From Tubiluchus corallicola (Eukaryota; Animalia; Priapulida), in contig JAQGDQ010000272.1 of NCBI GenBank assembly GCA_030141605.1, positions 124,001 through 188,000 of the forward strand: a stretch of DNA of 64,000 nucleotides, written 5' to 3'. Positions 14,755 to 25,385 of the stretch are shown in pieces. The position numbers were made by a program, and so were the translations under genes. Under the pieces are notes generated by a model. It worked only from the letters and a program-made list of their open reading frames with translations, was not told the origin of the DNA and made no database searches. The number at the start of each line of letters is the position of its first letter. Position 1 is the first letter of the stretch.

Positions 14755-15073
14755 GAGAGAGACAGAAAACTTATATGTGGTGCAATCTGGTATCTTATAC
14801 AGCTGGTTTCTATATTAGTTATCCATACCACATCTAGTGCATCCAATGTTGCTACAGTTGTTGTGGCGAATTGGAAGCACATTTAAACACGCTAATATGT
14901 AATAGCTATAATTTGATATACTGCAAGAATTGTTTAGATTTCTTGTACAAGATAATGGTCTCACTTATATTTTTCAGACAAAGAAAAATAGGAAAGGTTC
15001 AATAAAAAACAAGGCAACCATAGTGAAAGGAGCAAAAGCCAAATCAAATAAGAACAAAAAAATCAAAGCTTAA
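921..15073 (+). CDS. STT3B: Oligosaccharyltransferase catalytic subunit STT3B (5'-partial, 13 exons in window)
   Basis: GT-AG exons with consistent phase: 921-1020, 1787-1885, 3809-3955, 4206-4409, 5298-5425, 6799-6894, 7562-7749, 9256-9427, 10943-11116, 12470-12583, 14135-14260, 14370-14453, 14978-15073 (TAA). Motifs [44 protein letters not shown]. The acidic loop plus [20 protein letters not shown] and the basic tail ([17 protein letters not shown]) fit STT3B better than STT3A. Confidence 0.96.
3130..3680 (-). mobile_element. Penelope-like retroelement 3' remnant (GIY-YIG endonuclease C-terminus plus pseudo-LTR)
   Basis: Degenerate minus-strand translation [48 protein letters not shown] resembles PLE GIY-YIG C-termini. 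Downstream is (A)TGATGA-stem-GAAA at 3178-3222. An ~80-bp tandem duplication lies at 3271-3432. Confidence 0.65.
7850..8122 (+). mobile_element. Truncated copy of Kolobok-like MITE family A
   Basis: Colinear similarity to the 5' half of 27352-27970 (ttttcatat..ccccattttca, aaaacttaat, gatgacatcacaa, tacagtgctact). Confidence 0.75.
8212..8293. repeat. Near-perfect 30-bp inverted repeat (hairpin) in STT3B intron
   Basis: Arms 8212-8241 (attattacatctcattaatatatggctaca) and 8264-8293 (tgtagccatatgttaatgagatgtaataat), one G-U pair, 22-nt loop. Confidence 0.85.
8597..9197 (+). mobile_element. Kolobok/T2-like MITE family A
   Basis: TTAA|AGGAAAA...TTTTCCT|TTAT termini; about 600 bp; homologous to the copies at 27352, 43680 and 62309. 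Confidence 0.8.
10642..10814 (+). mobile_element. Small TIR element with internal (TTAGGG)n array, copy 1
   Basis: Starts ggctcaagtttacaattccc, ends gaattttaaactgcttcc; internal gttagggttagggttaggg; homologues at 45978 and 53027. Confidence 0.7.
11876..11961. repeat. 23-bp minisatellite, about 4 copies
   Basis: Unit ggttactcacttctacagtgtct repeated with few changes. Confidence 0.8.
12911..13423. mobile_element. Non-autonomous hAT (Charlie-like) element
   Basis: TIRs catgggttcccaacc / ggttggtaatcactg; perfect 8-bp TSD GTATAGAA at 12903-12910 and 13424-13431; subterminal ggggtc(a/g)cg repeats. Confidence 0.85.
13750..14060 (+). repeat. Dispersed repeat family D (second copy about 55725-56015)
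   Basis: Shares catttgtttttgtaaaaaacaaaaaa..gtgcattctactt..ttttaactatgccgact with 55880-55990. Confidence 0.75.
14635..14766. repeat. Compound (GA)n/(GGCA)n/(GACA)n microsatellite
   Basis: Directly visible in the last STT3B intron. Confidence 0.9.
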
Positions 15074-15804
15074 ATTCATTGCCACATCGACGGGGCACAG
15101 TTTCACCAGCGCTTTCCGAGAATTTGTTTGCTGATTTTAAAACCACATTGTGGCACGTCGTTTGTGCCTTTTGTATGATGTGATCGTTCAATTTGTTGTG
15201 TTGGATATAATAATTATCAACTATGTATGTTGACTTACATATAATGAGTGTAAATATGCGTAAAGCCCGAGCAAACATGTACGTTCACTTATTTCAACAT
15301 TTCAGTTGTTCTCTGGATTTCTGGATTTTGATTGTAGAGTTAATTTGTTAAACACAGGTTACTCAATGCAAATGAAAATGTGCTATTTCGTATGTAAATG
15401 TGTTATTTCATTTTTGACAATTTGCACAACTGCATGCATCAGCATCGAACCTGTTTTTCATGTCCGTTATTTTAAAACTTGTCATAAAAATTTAGCTCTG
15501 TAATTTTCACAACTGTTAGCCTTTATTCTGTGTCGTAATATCAACAAGCAATTTCATTTTTAGAGCTTGCACTGTCAATATTGTCAATATTTTTTAGTAA
15601 ATTTATTAAATTATGTATTAGACTTTGACATTAGCTTCTGAACATTCCAATGTCTGTAGCAATATTTTAGTGTTTTCTCTGTGTACCTATTGCTTAAAGG
15701 AAAGAACAAGTCATTCAGTATGTTGGGTTTATTTTACTGTTATCACTTAAATGCCTATAAAGCAGAAATTTAAAATATACTACTTCTGAATAGAAAGTTT
15801 CAGG

Positions 15805-16182
15805 CTGCTGCCATTAACTTGAAAATTTTGATGTAACTGGATACTTCGTGACTTTTGCGCACTGCTTAAACTAATTCAAGCTTATGCAACTTACCTAATG
15901 TTTAGGTGAAAATATTACAGAAGTAGCTAACTGATTTTTTTGTAAAAACTTTTTATACTTTTGATGAAAATTGACAGTGTGGTACTTTTCTTCAAGACAA
16001 ATGACATCATTGAAGAAAAATGGGCTTTAATAATGTGAACGCCCAAGCAGGAAACGATCACGACTTTGAAGTGATTTTACTAATTATGCGAAGCACTTAT
16101 TGCAATTTTATTACTAAATCCTTTTAACATTTTTCGCGAACATTGAAATAGGCCTACCCTCCTCAAAGGCTTGGCCTTTCCT
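15805..16182 (+). mobile_element. Kolobok-like MITE family C, degenerate (second copy about 32935-33450)
   Basis: Shares ttaaactaattcaa..aaattgacagt..aagtgattttacta with 33108-33450; that copy ends ctttcct|TTAA. Confidence 0.6.
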
Positions 16183-17177
16183 TTGACTTTTCATTGGTTA
16201 TAACTGATCGGTAGTTCGTCAATAACATTTTGAACGTTGGTGATTGTAAAATTTGACAAAAAGCAACAAATCAGAGTTGTCAGTTCAGCTATCTTACATT
16301 AACTGCAGGTCCAAATAATGGAGTATGAAGTTGAAAGTGCCCAGTTCAGTTTACTGTATTCTTCGTTCATTTGTAAATGTTTCAACATTTTGCTGCTAGG
16401 CGTTGGTAGTAATTGAAGAGTTTGTCAAACTTTTTGGCATTTTTTTGTCTGAATGGGTATGTATTTTTTAATAAAAATTTAATAATGACCGGACAATAAA
16501 AAGTGGCTTACCATATAAAATTGTAGTACACTCTTATGATCGGTTGCTGATTTACTTACTGGACTGCCGTCCGTTTATAACGGAGGCAGGGTGGAAACCA
16601 CTGCAACCTAAATAGAGGTTATGATGTTGGTTTTTTGTTTAGGCTAACCAAACTTTTAGGCTAAGACAATATCAGCGAATCATAGAATTGAATTAATCAT
16701 TTATTATTAAACTTGTACAACTACACATTCAACCCAAATGACCACGCTAGAAGAACCGACTCGGCATACTATCATTACTATCTGCGCAATAGTAATATTT
16801 GTTTAATATACAAAGACTAATTATCTCTCTTCATAAATATTACTATTAGTATATTTTTTTAGTTTTGCATGTCATCATTATAAAATTCTTAACTAATTCA
16901 GATTTAATAATCATTATCTCTCTATATTAATAGATAATAGTCATTATTTCTTGTTGCGTTAATAGCCATATAATAGTAATAGTTGCATAAACCTCTATCT
17001 TAAACAGGCTCGCATGAGCTAATGAAAACTTTTAGTATGTAAGCTATTTCAACAACTAACCCAAACGAGTACCGGCAGACCAACACGCAAAATTTATATC
17101 GAATAAATATGTATAGTGACTCATCGAAGAGACGTACGTATGTGGAGCTAAATCCTCAACTCGAAACACCTGTGATA

Positions 17178-18020
17178 CCGGCATAACAACCCAGATTACG
17201 TCCCCTCCAGAATATACCAGGGTATAGTTTAGTCTAGCCCAGAATAAACCCCGCGGTGTAATTTGGCCTAGCCTGCTTATACCGTTGCGCATGTGCCATT
17301 GTAGTGTATAGTAGATGTGGGCAGTCCGGTTGACATACCAGCAAGTTTTCAATTAACTTCAGAACATGCTTTGTACCTCACAAATCTACTTCAATGTTGT
17401 TTTAAATGTCCTGAAAATGTTCAGTTGTTTCTACTGACCAAACTAAATGGATTACCAGCTTAAAACAAATTTAGGCATATAAAACATTAATAATTATTTT
17501 TTGCTTTGAAGTGGCAAATACTATTAATATAGACAGTTACCATACTGTATGAAATACGGTGTAACACCCATTTCAGATACAGACAGCTAAACTCAATTAT
17601 TGTATAATTATAATGGTAACATGGAAAAACATTTTGTACATTAATATTAATATTCATGTAGAAAAGCTGTTGGTTGTTTGATGCTGAATAAAACAGTCTT
17701 TCATTGATATAGATGTTAAATTATTTTCTGCTTACACTCCTGAAATTACATTTGATACACATCATACACATCTGATACATACACTTTACTAGCAAAAATA
17801 ATAAAAATAATAATAAATAAGATAATAATAATAAAAAATGTAAAAAATAACAAGCTCTTTGATTTGGAAAAGGAGGAGTATATTCTAGCCTAGCCTATTT
17901 TATGGCCGGAGGTATAAAGTGGCCTAGCCCAAACTATACCACGGGTATGGGTATAAAACAGTCTGGAATAAACCCCGGGTGTACTCTGGGCATGGGATAT
18001 ACTCCAGGCTGTTACACCGA
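17178..18020. mobile_element. Putative TA-flanked MITE with subterminal ctagcc/tatacc repeats
   Basis: TA|ccggcataacaacccag ... ccaggctgttacaccga|TA imperfect TIRs; recurring ctagccc, tatacc and aataaacccc motifs near both ends. Confidence 0.5.
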
Positions 18021-18488
18021 TAGATATTGTGGAGTAACAGCGAATGTCATTTACCAGATTTCGTCTGCAGTCACATCGTCTCCGCATTAACATACATACA
18101 AAAGGAGAGTCGTATATGACCGCCTTGTTCCCTCGCACTATCTACAATTTCTAATAATATTGTTATAAATGTGCTACATTAATAATTATTACATGTGAAA
18201 CAAATTTAATAGTTCATAATATGTCTATGTGGTAACTGATAATCTCTAAAAACATGAGTCTATCATTTTAATTTTTAGAGATTAATACGAGTGCGATAAT
18301 GCAATTTTTATTGACGATGTTTTTCTTAAAATTTTGTGATTTTAATGATAATCTAAAGTGCATTTTTTAGGTTTTAGGTGATTTTGCCATAATTTAGTGT
18401 GATTTTGATGTGTTCACATTCATTACCTTATGCATCACTATTGATAATTAGTTCCTTATTGTGGTAAGTGCTTATAAACAATAAATTG

Positions 18489-19643
18489 TTAAACTATTAT
18501 GATTTTGTCTACTATTGATGAGCATTTCTGACCACCCGGTCTTTTCTCTGCTTTTCGTCCACCTTCTTTGCGAAATGTCATCAGCTTCTCCACAAGGAAA
18601 TCCCTTGTTTCGTTACTTCTTAGATTTTTATATATATTGTAAACACCCTCAAATATCCACTGACACCGCCAGTGGGTTCTTCGATTGTGGAACGTCCCAG
18701 CAGCACCGTGCAAAATGCCGATACCGTTCCGTTGAGCTGACCGACAATAATCACCGAAGACTGCCACGCCCCACCAGTAGTTCCACTCGCATGGGAGGAA
18801 GTACAGTGCCGACGGATTCTCGTGAAAATAGACGTTACAGGCATTTTGGTCTGGAGTGCAAGCTGGAAACGTCCATTTGTCCGTTGAACAGTTGCTAGTC
18901 GAGTGGAAAATATTAACAATATCTATCTTCCAGTCTGTCTGCCGTAGTTTCTCCAAGTCGATTAAGACAACTCCAGTATTAAGACCTTTGTTTCTACCAC
19001 CTTTTAGAGGGTTAAGCAACGTATTACTAGAAGCAGTCAAGAGAGAAATCCCACGTGGTCGGTGAAAAAGCTCGATAATGCGATGCGTGTGTTCGCCAGA
19101 AAAGTCGAATGCGATTCCCATCATCTGATTTGACGCCATGTGATCAAAATGTGACCACAATTTCTTTAGAGGTCGTACCACAACGATGTCTATGTCAAAC
19201 CTAATAATCCTTTTCACATATTTTGGCAAGATCTGGGGAAGGAATAACCAAGCAGGCGCACATAGTTTTTTTTCATCGCCATTTTGAAGCCAATGAGTAT
19301 AATTTTCACTAGGGGGAAACCAAGGTCTGTAGAAATTTACTTCGTACGAGTTTGTGTCACTAAATTCCTCTAAAAGGCGCTTGAGTTTTTGCTCCATGTC
19401 GTCATTGTCAACTATAACATGGTAATGAATGAGTTCGGTTGACACAAGAAAGATTGATTTCACTAATACAGTAAAATCATCCACATAAGTAGATTCTGCA
19501 TCACCACAAGCTGTCAGAGCCACATGAATAGATGACGTTGTGTAATTTACTTCTGTTAGCTTATGGAAACTGAAAACTATAACCGAAAACGTCAAATAAA
19601 AAACAGCTAATGCAACAGAACATATTTTGACATGTCGAAACAT
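18489..19643 (-). CDS. Glucoside xylosyltransferase (GXYLT/Shams)-like GT8 glycosyltransferase, intronless ORF
   Basis: ATG at 19643; N-terminal type II TM segment; IHVALTACG, LFLPQILP, DID (DxD), GLNTGVVLIDL, DQ, YFLPCEWNY and ILHG motifs colinear with GXYLT1/2. Confidence 0.85.
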   Translation of the reverse strand: MFRHVKICSVALAVFYLTFSVIVFSFHKLTEVNYTTSSIHVALTACGDAESTYVDDFTVLVKSIFLVSTELIHYHVIVDNDDMEQKLKRLLEEFSDTNSYEVNFYRPWFPPSENYTHWLQNGDEKKLCAPAWLFLPQILPKYVKRIIRFDIDIVVVRPLKKLWSHFDHMASNQMMGIAFDFSGEHTHRIIELFHRPRGISLLTASSNTLLNPLKGGRNKGLNTGVVLIDLEKLRQTDWKIDIVNIFHSTSNCSTDKWTFPACTPDQNACNVYFHENPSALYFLPCEWNYWWGVAVFGDYCRSAQRNGIGILHGAAGTFHNRRTHWRCQWIFEGVYNIYKNLRSNETRDFLVEKLMTFRKEGGRKAEKRPGGQKCSSIVDKIIIV

Positions 19644-19967
19644 CACGACTTTAAAACTTAAAATAACGATCAACTATATAAGGACCACGTGTAACTATGA
19701 CGACAACATGGCAGCTTTGCGGCGTGGTGAAACAGCCAATTATAGTGCTTTTTCCACTGTACAAAATTGGGCATATGCCCCGGGCTAACTGGTTTTTGGG
19801 CGAGTAAACGCAGATTCATGAGTATACTGATTACTGAAGAACAGAAATCTTAAATACATGTTTACGAAATCATTGAAGCTCAAAATAGTCATCAGTGATT
19901 GGCAAAATTTCAGAAAAAAATTACGTTGTTCAAAAGCGAGGAGCAAGGTCCACTCAATAACCAAAAC

Positions 19968-20190
19968 TGTCGTGAAGTTTGGGCTTCACGATTCGCCCCC
20001 CAGAGAGAAGCCATTGAATTGAATTGATTTTACGTGTAACTGTAGAAAAGAAGTTAGTGGCAGTTGTTGAGTTGGTATGAAAGGGCAAACTAGGATATTG
20101 CGTTCGAAAAAAAAGAATAAAGTTTAGCGTTACGACGGTGGTAAAAATTCTCGTCTTTTCGTTTTATTTGTTACAAAAGTCACCACGACA
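19968..20190 (+). repeat. 5' LTR of BEL/Pao element
   Basis: Direct repeat of 26886-27108; TG...CA ends; internal AATAAA. Confidence 0.95.
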
Positions 20191-20192
20191 AT

Positions 20193-20212
20193 TGGTGCAA
20201 GGAAACCCGGGA
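20193..20212 (+). promoter_or_regulatory. Primer-binding site, tRNA-Phe-like
   Basis: TGGTGCAAGGAAACCCGGGA 2 nt after the LTR; resembles the tRNA-Phe 3' complement TGGTGCCGAAACCCGGGA with a small insertion/mismatch. Confidence 0.6.
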
Positions 20213-20525
20213 GTACCAGGAACATTTAGATGCGTTTATCAGAAAGCATTTCAAGTGCAAAATAAAGACCATTTCGGCACATAAAAGTAAACGGGTGTCT
20301 ACGTACGGTTTTACCTGGCTTCAAGCTTTTGACTTGCAACGTTTGTTAGCGAAATCTGTTTGGACTATGAACAATAATGAACGTAATCTCGCATTCGTAC
20401 GCTCCTTTGAAGACGATCGTAACTGTCAAGTTTCGAAAAAACTGTGCGGAGTCAACAATGAACTATTTTTGTTGCTGAAACCTGTTGACTAACATCGAGC
20501 TTTGACTTTACTGAGGTGGTTCGTC

Positions 20526-23500
20526 ATGCCAAACAAGGATCAAAGGCCCGACGGAAGTATCCCAGCTAGTGCTAGAGACTTAGGCTACATTAAACAAGCA
20601 CGAACCAAGGCAAGGAAAAGCCTGCAAGAGGAAATCGAGCTAGCTAACGAATTGGTGTCAAGAGATGAGTCAACGATTGGTGACATTTCAAACTATCTGC
20701 AGCGTGTCAAGATGTGCAAACACACTCTCCAGAATCGTTTGGCAAAGCTGGAAGATCTCACATTAAAGTTCTCGGAGCGTGGTATGACAGCTGAGGCAGA
20801 CGAAGCAACAATTGAAGCAGCAGACCAGTACTTGGAGGAAGATAACGAATTCCTTGGCACGGTATCTCAAGTTACTTTTTTGTTAGATGAATGTATTACT
20901 AAGTTTTCTGTAAAAAATGTTAAAAGAGATTTAACTGATGAGTTTCACACTGTTTCTGAGATGCCTCATAGTCGTGCAGTTGATAAAAAACCTACTGTTG
21001 TTCATGCGGCTGCGTCCGCATCTCAATTTACTGATAATGACTCACCTGTTGCTCCGCCCCGTCGCAAGAGAAATACTAGTCTTGCCCCCACCACGCCAAC
21101 TAGTGGTAACCTTGTACAGTCGCGCATTTATGTTAAACTGCCAAAATTCGAACTGAAATCATTTTCTGGGCAGATTTTAGAATGGCGTGAATTTTGGGAT
21201 GCGTTCAAAACTATGGTTCATGATCACCCAGATTTAGAAAATATTCAAAAATTTCAGTATTTGAAGAGCAAGCTTACAGGTCCTGCTCTTAGTGCAGTAG
21301 AAGGTTTTTCACTCAGTAATGAAAACTATTTGCAAGCGTTAGATGTTTTAAGAAGCCGTTTTGGCAAAGAACAAAGCATTATTAATGTACATTATAAAGC
21401 TTTGGCACATCTTGAAAAATCCGGAGAAAATGCTAAAAGTCTTAGGAAATTTCAAGATAGTCTTGAGTTGCACTTGCGAAGTTTGGAGGCAGTGGGTGAA
21501 TGCGTGGACAGCCGTGTTATTATCCCATTAGTATTAGAAAAATTACCACGTTCGGTGGTGCAACAAATGCGCATTACAATGGACCCTGATAGCGCTTGGT
21601 CAGTTTCAGATATAAGACAACGTCTTAATCGCCACATTCTTACATTAGAAGCGGTTGAAAATGAAACAGCTGCCTCCAGCTTTCAGCAACCATTCTCTAA
21701 GGCTAATGAGAGATTTCCTAAGAAGTTTGTAAGTGCATCAAGGCACGAAACTGTTCTTGGAGCTTCTGATAAGCAAAGCTCCGCCCACACGCCACAACGT
21801 AAATACGTTAGCGCACATTCTGATTATCCAGTACGCAATTGTATTTTTTGTAAAGGCCCACATTGGGCAGATCAGTGTGGCAATTTTGCTACAGCTAGAG
21901 AGAGGAAGAGACTTCTAAAAAATCGTTGTTTTATTTGTCTAAGAGAAAATCATCAAGCTCACCAATGTAGATCAGGCAGAAGCTGTTATTTCTGCCATAA
22001 AAATACTCATCACCGTAGTTTGTGCACAGAGCAATTTCCAGATAAAAATCGAGAAGCAACACTAGCTTGTTCACCCAGTTTAAGTTTGTATTCTAGTAAT
22101 GAACAGGTTGTCATGCAAACAGCACTCGTTCGTGTTAGTCATCCTGTTTCTCACAAGACTATTACAATTCGAGCCTACCTTGATTGTGGTTCTCAGTCCA
22201 GCTATATTAGTGCTAGGCTGGCTAATTTGCTGAATGTTCCTAGGGGCACTTCTGAAGTGCTTCAAGTAGCTACATTTGCAAGTAAAAATGTTAGGCAAAT
22301 TTCTTGCTATCCTGCAAATATTGGTTTGCATACGCGCGATGGGCGTGTGTTAAATATGACCCTACGTGTGATTCCAGAAATATCGCTTAAAACTAAACGC
22401 GAGGCCCTCCCGCACAGTTTAATTAATAAGCTGTACAAGAGATTCGGCTATGATTTGGCTGACAGTTTCCCAACCCACGTGGCTGAATCTTCTATTGACT
22501 TTTTGATCGGTAATGATTACTATTTGTCACTTTTAGAGCCTCAGAAATTCCAGGTAGGGCCTGATTTGTTTTTGTTTGGATCGAAAATAGGTTTAATTCT
22601 CGGTGGATTCTTGAACAGGAAAACCAGTTCGAATGCCGACAAATCTCGAGTGTCTGGCTTCTTGTGCATACAGCCTGGGTTAAATACTCACGGATTAAAT
22701 TTAGAATATGAACAAGAAAAATTTGAACATTGCAGTATTACTGAACGCGCGTTTTCATGCCTAGATTCTGATTCAAGTTTTACGTGTGCAAAGCAAGACT
22801 TTGATACTAATTTTGCACTTGAACGATTTTGGGACCTTGAAAGTCTAGGCATTCGTGAATCACCGTCACGGACTCAAGACGCTCAAGACGACGTAGCGCT
22901 AGATTTATTTAATAAATCAATCAAATTTGAAGACGGACGCTACCATGTATCTTGGCCCTGGCGACAAAATAAGCAGGCCTTACCCGACAATTATTATATT
23001 GCTGTGAGCAGATTAAATTCTTGCTTAAAACGGCTTCGCAAACAGCCTGGAATATTGGCTAAATATGACCAAGTAATTAATGAACAACTCGAGAAGGGAA
23101 TCGTAGAAGTTGTGACTCCAGAGTCTCCCGAAGGTCCTATTAAACACTATATTCCCCATCATTGTATTGTCACACCTGAGAAAAGCACAAAATTACGAAT
23201 TGTGTACAATGCTTCATGTAAAGCAAACAAAAACAGTCCTTCACTCAATGAGTGCCTGTATAGGGGACCATTGCTACTTCCTGATTTATGCGGCTTGTTG
23301 TTGCGGTTTCGCTTACATTTAATAGGCATTGTAAGCGACATAGAAAAAGCGTTTTTAAACGTTGGCCTAAATTACGAAGATAGGGACGTCACGAGATTTC
23401 TGTGGGTAAAAAATGTCAGCAAACTCCCTTCGGATCCTGGTAATTTGCAAATATTTCGCTTCTGTCGAGTCATTTTTGGAGCTATTAGTAGCCCATTTTT

Positions 23501-25385
23501 GCTCTCAGGTACAGTGAGTCATCATCTCAAACAAAAAGAAGCAGAATTTCCTGTAGCTAAACAAATTTTGCGCGACATTTATGTCGACAACTTTATTTCA
23601 GGAACTTCCACTCTAGATGAAGCCAAAGTTCTTTACAGTCAGAGTAAACTGTTGTTTTCATCGGCAGGCTTCAACCTTAGAGAATGGGGGTCGAATGACG
23701 CAGATTTTTTGCGTAGTATTCCAGTCGAAGACTGTATAAAATCAAGTGTTGTCAAAGTTTTAGGTATCACTTGGGACTTAAAAAATGACACGTTATCTAT
23801 TGCAAAGGTAGACCCTGATCGATTGTTACAGGCTAATACAAAGAGACAGGTATTGAAAGCCTTAGCAAGCCTTTTTGATCCGTTGGGCGTCGCAAGCATT
23901 ATAACAGTTAATGCAAAGTTGTTTTTGGCATCTTTGTGGAAAGAAAAACTAGATTGGGATGAACCCCTTTCTGAATCGCACTCAAAACGCTGGTGTGAAA
24001 TTGCCTTAATGCTGCTTTCTATATTCGATTTGCACCTTCCAAGGTGTATTAGCGCATGTGAGTCTAACGCAGTATTTCAGTTAGTATGTTTCACAGATGC
24101 TTCTGAATCTGCTTACTGCGCAGTGGTTTATTTAAGAGAGACTAACATAGAATCTGATTTTTGTGCTGTCAACTTAATTTTTGCTAAAACGCGCCTTGCA
24201 GGAAAAAATATTTCGATTCCTAGATTAGAACTGCTTGCTGTTTTGATTGGAGTGAGAGCTTTAAATTTTGTAGAAACCCAGCTACATGTGAACATAACCA
24301 GGCGTATAATATTTACGGATTCGTTATGCGTACTTTATTGGTTGCAAACTCCTAAACAGTTGTCGGTGTTCGTCGAAAATCGAATTTGTGAGATTCGAAA
24401 GCAGGTTCACACTCAGTTTCGATACGTTCCGTCTCAATCGAACCCTGCGGATGGCGCAACTAGGTCAGGTGTCAGTAAAATAGATTCGTTCTGGCTACAC
24501 GGTCCGCACTTTCTCAAAGAAAATGAAAGTAACTGGCCTGAGAGCCAGTTGCCACCTCTAGAAGCTGAACGACTGACAGATGTAAATAACGAACTAAGAA
24601 AAGGCAGTAGCATACTTTATGAGACGCAGTTTTTAACACTCGATCAGTCCAGTCGAATTCATGATCTGTCTATGTTCGATATGAACCGATTTTCTAGTCT
24701 AAACAGGCTGTTAAACACTACTAGCTGGGTGTATCGAGCTGTAAAGCGTTTTAAAGGTGAAAGGTGTACTATGGGCCCTATTACTGCAAATGAACGCTCC
24801 TATGCTAAGTTAAACTGGATAAAACACGTCCAAAGACAAACATATGTAGATAACGAAGGACGTGCAGTAGCGGTTAACCCAGTACTACAACAGCTAAATC
24901 TTGCATTAGATGAACAAGGCATTATCAGATGCTTAGGTAGGTTACAAAATGCTAATCTCACACAAGGTACGTCTAGGCCCATTCTCTTACCTAAAAACAA
25001 TCAGTTTACAGTTCTGTTGGTAGAACATGTACACAAACTAAACCTTCACGTCGGCGTATCGCAGACCTTAGCATTATTACGTAAAGAGTTTTGGGTTCCT
25101 TCTGGGAGGGAACTGGTCAAGAAAACTTTAAATAAGTGCCGTACTTGTCGGAAAATGGAAGGTGGAGCCTATAAGTTACCACCAATGCCAGAATTACCTC
25201 CAGAAAGAGTCCAAGAATCTAATCCCTTTACACACGTAGGCCTCGATTACATGGGCCCCCTTACAGTCAAATATTGTATACCTGGGAGTTGTGAACCATT
25301 TTACAAAAAAGCGTATGTGTGCCTATTCACCTGTTTAGCAGTGAGAGCGGTACATTTAGAACTCGTCACGGACTTGTCTGTTTAG
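20526..25385 (+). CDS. BEL/Pao gag-pol polyprotein (Gag, PR, RT, RNase H, N-terminal part of integrase), truncated by frameshift
   Basis: DUF1759-like Gag (LPKFELKSFSG..WREFWDAF), three CCHC knuckles, protease LDCGS, RT SDIEKAF/YVDN, RNase H FTDAS, integrase HHCC and first Asp (GLDYMGP); premature TAG caused by a 47-bp duplication. Confidence 0.93.
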   Translation: MPNKDQRPDGSIPASARDLGYIKQARTKARKSLQEEIELANELVSRDESTIGDISNYLQRVKMCKHTLQNRLAKLEDLTLKFSERGMTAEADEATIEAADQYLEEDNEFLGTVSQVTFLLDECITKFSVKNVKRDLTDEFHTVSEMPHSRAVDKKPTVVHAAASASQFTDNDSPVAPPRRKRNTSLAPTTPTSGNLVQSRIYVKLPKFELKSFSGQILEWREFWDAFKTMVHDHPDLENIQKFQYLKSKLTGPALSAVEGFSLSNENYLQALDVLRSRFGKEQSIINVHYKALAHLEKSGENAKSLRKFQDSLELHLRSLEAVGECVDSRVIIPLVLEKLPRSVVQQMRITMDPDSAWSVSDIRQRLNRHILTLEAVENETAASSFQQPFSKANERFPKKFVSASRHETVLGASDKQSSAHTPQRKYVSAHSDYPVRNCIFCKGPHWADQCGNFATARERKRLLKNRCFICLRENHQAHQCRSGRSCYFCHKNTHHRSLCTEQFPDKNREATLACSPSLSLYSSNEQVVMQTALVRVSHPVSHKTITIRAYLDCGSQSSYISARLANLLNVPRGTSEVLQVATFASKNVRQISCYPANIGLHTRDGRVLNMTLRVIPEISLKTKREALPHSLINKLYKRFGYDLADSFPTHVAESSIDFLIGNDYYLSLLEPQKFQVGPDLFLFGSKIGLILGGFLNRKTSSNADKSRVSGFLCIQPGLNTHGLNLEYEQEKFEHCSITERAFSCLDSDSSFTCAKQDFDTNFALERFWDLESLGIRESPSRTQDAQDDVALDLFNKSIKFEDGRYHVSWPWRQNKQALPDNYYIAVSRLNSCLKRLRKQPGILAKYDQVINEQLEKGIVEVVTPESPEGPIKHYIPHHCIVTPEKSTKLRIVYNASCKANKNSPSLNECLYRGPLLLPDLCGLLLRFRLHLIGIVSDIEKAFLNVGLNYEDRDVTRFLWVKNVSKLPSDPGNLQIFRFCRVIFGAISSPFLLSGTVSHHLKQKEAEFPVAKQILRDIYVDNFISGTSTLDEAKVLYSQSKLLFSSAGFNLREWGSNDADFLRSIPVEDCIKSSVVKVLGITWDLKNDTLSIAKVDPDRLLQANTKRQVLKALASLFDPLGVASIITVNAKLFLASLWKEKLDWDEPLSESHSKRWCEIALMLLSIFDLHLPRCISACESNAVFQLVCFTDASESAYCAVVYLRETNIESDFCAVNLIFAKTRLAGKNISIPRLELLAVLIGVRALNFVETQLHVNITRRIIFTDSLCVLYWLQTPKQLSVFVENRICEIRKQVHTQFRYVPSQSNPADGATRSGVSKIDSFWLHGPHFLKENESNWPESQLPPLEAERLTDVNNELRKGSSILYETQFLTLDQSSRIHDLSMFDMNRFSSLNRLLNTTSWVYRAVKRFKGERCTMGPITANERSYAKLNWIKHVQRQTYVDNEGRAVAVNPVLQQLNLALDEQGIIRCLGRLQNANLTQGTSRPILLPKNNQFTVLLVEHVHKLNLHVGVSQTLALLRKEFWVPSGRELVKKTLNKCRTCRKMEGGAYKLPPMPELPPERVQESNPFTHVGLDYMGPLTVKYCIPGSCEPFYKKAYVCLFTCLAVRAVHLELVTDLSV

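Noticed and set aside
14625-14886. ORFs rich in RE/LS repeats (also 39406-39664)
   Set aside because: GA/CT microsatellite translations.
25319-25385. Overlapping ORFs suggesting programmed ribosomal frameshifting
   Set aside because: Fully explained by the 47-bp duplication; no slippery heptamer, and BEL/Pao elements use a single gag-pol ORF.
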